Shown: positions 7,471-10,552 of the stretch, piece after piece
Position numbering within the stretch: position 1 is the first letter of the stretch
Layout of the letters: each line of letters starts with the position of its first letter
NCBI RefSeq assembly: GCF_006345805.1
Contig: NW_021827386.1
Location: 1 to 10,552, forward strand
Direction of reading: 5' to 3'
DNA from: Octopus sinensis
Lineage: Eukaryota
DNA length: 10,552 bases
Notes under the pieces: generated by a model
Told to the model about the DNA's origin: nothing
What the model saw: only the letters and a program-made list of their open reading frames with translations
Databases searched by the model: none
Position numbers and translations under genes: made by a program

Positions 7471-7922
7471 TCGGTTTTTGCGTCTAACTACGACTATAGT
7501 CATGAATACTGCGCAGTGAGTGAAAGAGTCGTTCGATCGCGAATAAAAGCGGTCGAAATGGGGTTTTTCCAAAGGGTCTCTGAATTAATGTTACTCAAGA
7601 TCGTGCTTAGATCAGAGATGAGAGTATTTCCAGATATGGCCACTACACCTCAGCATTGAGGACATTTCATAAAAAGTTTCAGGAAAGAATCGCAGACATT
7701 TCAGGAAAGAATCGTAAGATGGATTCTTCTAGCCGAAACAACCAGCAGAAGACTTAGGAAAAGAACCAAGAACGACATGGTTGAATAGAATCCATTAGTA
7801 TCCGTTGGTCCTCCTTGAGAATCCAGTTGGGAAGGTGCAAAGACGGTTGCTTCTGTAGCTACGGAGGAGATGTCTGAGGACCCTTCCCCAACGACCCTCA
7901 GAGGAAATCGGTGGATGGATAA
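7471..7922 (+). mobile_element. Decayed 3' end of an RTE-clade LINE (Rex3/Expander-like ORF C-terminus)
   Basis: The frame from 7471 reads SVFASNYDYSHEYCAVSERVVRSRIKAVEMGFFQRVSELMLLKIVLRSEMR, resembling the RTE pattern LTYGHE.W..TE..RSRIQAAEM.FLRRV. It later reads RWILLAETTSRRLRKR/TTWLNRIH (cf. RPRGRPRT.W) and RRCLRTLPQRPSEE, ending in GGATGGAT. Stops and frameshifts are present. Confidence 0.82.
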
Positions 7923-8443
7923 AATATATGATAAATACTAGGTCTAAATTCGAAACACTGAGGCTGCATTTTGTGAAAAGACTCAGATTTCGATACTTTG
8001 AAAACAAACATATAGACTCAAAGAGAATCAGCACACCAAAAGCCATTACAGCAAACCGGCTCCACCCCACCACCACGACAAAAATTGCTGTATCAAGAAT
8101 AATAGAATACAGAACAATCTGCAAGGACTATACAGTGTAATATCAATTTGCTCGAAAACGAAAAAACGCAACATTTCTATTATAAACTTAAAATATGTTT
8201 ATCTATTCGAATCCTGCTGGAATAAATACAAAGGTTGTTAAAAATATAAGATGATATGCTAAAGAGGTATTCTAATAGACAATCAGGTGTCAGAAAACAA
8301 AGATGTCGGCAGGGTGATGGGGAAGAAAGAGGGAAAAAAGAAATGGTATATCCATTTGTCATGAAAGTCAAGAGGAAAATAAGTCTGTCTCTGATTGTGT
8401 TGTCAAATTTTACGAAATTACATTTCAAGATTTTTGTCCTTAG

Positions 8444-8500
8444 GGATAAATGTTCCATAAGAAATGGCCATGCCATCTAAGCGTAGAGTTAGTGATTTAG
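8444..8500 (+). other. Speculative 57-bp exon containing a start codon (MAMPSKRRVSDL)
   Basis: Acceptor TTTTTGTCCTTAG|, donor AG|GTAATT, and an ATG at 8464 in the context GAA-ATG-G. No homology recognised. A competing minus-strand reading exists. Confidence 0.2.
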
Positions 8501-8515
8501 GTAATTTTGCTTACG

Positions 8516-8663
8516 TATACATACATACATGCATACATACATACATGCACACATACATATCTATCTATCTGTTTGTCTGTCTGTCTGCCTATCTATATGT
8601 GTGTATATGTATATATATATGTAAGGTATATAATATATATAGGTATATATATAGGTATATATA

Positions 8664-8695
<32 letters not shown>

Positions 8696-8870
8696 TATAT
8701 ATATATATATTATATATATATATATATATAGGTATGTATTATATGTATGTATAACTGTATATACATGTGTGTATGTGTATAAACGTATATATACATACAC
8801 ACAAATACATATACGCATAAATACGTGTGTGTATACATACGTTTGTATCTGTATGTCTGATATAGATATT
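8516..8870. repeat. Compound (TACA)/(TCTA)/(TCTG)/(TA)/(TG) microsatellite field
   Basis: Directly visible. Confidence 0.92.
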
Positions 8871-9027
8871 TAAATATAAAATATATTATATCTGTATTTG
8901 TAAAAGAATGTATTGTCATGCAAGTCAGTTTAGAAATCCCACGAGAATATCGAAGCATCTTCATTAATTTTTGTCTTCGAAAATATATTGTGGTATTGAT
9001 TTGTTTATGTAAGAACCCATGTGCCAG

Positions 9028-9078
9028 TACATACATACGTACATACATACATACATACAAACATACATACATACATAC
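9028..9078. repeat. (TACA)n microsatellite
   Basis: Directly visible. Confidence 0.93.
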
Positions 9079-9404
9079 TTGCTCGCATACATAATGTGCG
9101 AGTGTATTTGTCTGAGTGTGGGCATATAAAGTATAAGTTAATCATGATGTTAATTTCACGTATGCAGTTGCTTTTAGAAAAACCTACATATATACGAAAA
9201 TGTAAATAAATGTATGTTTTCATCCGTGTATAAAAATGATTGATTGAATGTGGTTGGGGTGGGGTTTGAAGGTGTATGTGCGTGTGTGGGATTGACTGAG
9301 TCAGGATGGGTGTGTGTAGGCATATGTACGTATAACACCCTCGAGGTTATGTAGACACTCCTAAAAACTAATACGTACAACTCGTGAGATATCATACTAT
9401 GTCG

Positions 9405-9674
9405 ATATGTATTTACATACACACACATATATATATATATGTATATACATATATATATGCATATACATATATATTTGCATTTGTGTGTGTGAGTGTGTGT
9501 GTAAGTGAGTGATACATGTGGATACATGTAGGTGCGTGTATACATATATACCATATGCAGATAATATACATAAATATGTGTATGTATATAGACAGACACA
9601 TTCATGCATATATATATAGAATACGGGTATAAATACACACAGACACATACAATCACACACACATACACATACAC

Positions 9675-9742
<68 letters not shown>

Positions 9743-9837
9743 GATATGCAATATACATATATATGGAGACTCCCACGGACACGGACACACACAGAGGTAC
9801 ACACAAACACACACCCATATATATATATATATATATA
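9405..9837. repeat. Compound (TA)/(TG)/(CA) microsatellite field
   Basis: Includes a pure (CA)n at ~9678-9728; source of the 239-aa YI/CV ORF. Confidence 0.92.
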
Positions 9838-10133
9838 ATTATAGAGAATGTCACTGAAAGGAGTTTTTGTGATATATAATTAGTGTGCGACAAGCGTATC
9901 TTTTTTTATTGAATATATATGGCTGTATGTATGTGATTGTATGTGTGTGGTTACGTATGCATATGTATGTGTGTTTGTGTGGATGTGTGTGCCTCTATGT
10001 TTTTATGTAGTCTTGGAGGATGGAGAAACATCTACCTTCTGTTTAAGGATCAAGACTTGCTACAGAAAACGCATTGAATGATATAAAGTAATGTATCTGG
10101 TCAGCAGCGAAAAATAATACGACCTTCAGTAGA

Positions 10134-10140
10134 ATTATTA

Positions 10141-10220
<80 letters not shown>

Positions 10221-10329
10221 AGTAGTAGTAGTAATATTAGTATTATTATTAGTAGTAGTATTAGTATTATTATTATTATTATTAGTATTAGTATTAGTAT
10301 TATTATTAGTATTAGTATTATTATTATCA

Positions 10330-10403
<74 letters not shown>

Positions 10404-10426
10404 GTAGTAGTAGTAGTAGTAGTAGT
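10134..10426. repeat. Compound trinucleotide array (ATT)n(GTT)n(AGT)n(ATT/AGT mosaic)(ATT)n(AGT)n
   Basis: About 290 bp, directly visible; source of the poly-N, poly-I and poly-L ORFs. Confidence 0.97.
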
Positions 10427-10552
10427 ATTTTCTTGACAAGTGACAGAGTGAAACCAAACCAGTCAGTAAAGTTATTCCCACCTATTTTTGCGGGAAAATA
10501 TTGTTATATTTGTATTCGCTGTATAACTAATCATATTATCGTTGTTGTTGTG

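Noticed and set aside
7795-8140. Hydrophobic 109-aa minus ORF and 70-aa plus ORF
   Set aside because: Both start from or run into the RTE remnant boundary region. No family motif is recognised, and T-rich strands give hydrophobic translations by default.
9174-9893. Longest ORF (239 aa, minus)
   Set aside because: Almost entirely dinucleotide-repeat translation (YI, CV, HT); no domain-like segment.
10034-10057. 24-nt minus-strand microexon candidate (TTTTCTGTAG|CAAGTCTTGATCCTTAAACAGAAG|GTAGAT, QVLILKQK)
   Set aside because: The donor is weak and such short AG..GT frames occur often by chance; needs RNA evidence.
10043-10481. Poly-Asn, poly-Ile/Thr and poly-Leu ORFs
   Set aside because: Trinucleotide array open in several frames on both strands; no flanking coding signal.
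1-10552. CRISPR array or prokaryotic operon
   Set aside because: No regularly spaced repeat-spacer units and no gene-dense organisation; the sequence is eukaryotic in character.

Overview
Eukaryotic, AT-rich, microsatellite-saturated non-coding DNA (intronic or intergenic). There is no supportable full-length gene, rRNA, true tRNA or CRISPR array. Nearly all ORFs in the supplied track are translations of simple repeats. The structured content is mobile DNA. It comprises a complete 401-bp non-autonomous Helitron with canonical ends (517-917, minus) and three tRNA-derived SINE families: A at 919-1374; B with four copies, three of them head-to-tail at 6739-7202; and C at 3305-3688 with a perfect 12-bp target-site duplication. 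There are also two decayed LINE 3' ends, one CR1/L2-superfamily-like (5579-5922, minus) and one RTE-like (7471-7922, plus). The repeat repertoire resembles what I recall of octopus (coleoid cephalopod) genomes; this is unverified. The least explained structure is a ~160-bp, roughly 95% identical inverted repeat pair (2647-2806 / 4343-4496) hidden in TA/CA microsatellite and enclosing ~1.5 kb. A 17-nt motif shared by the SINE A tail and the LINE 3' UTR suggests a SINE-LINE partnership. Small candidate exons near 8.4-8.5 kb and 10.0 kb are speculative. I see no convincing evidence of a wholly new biological system.
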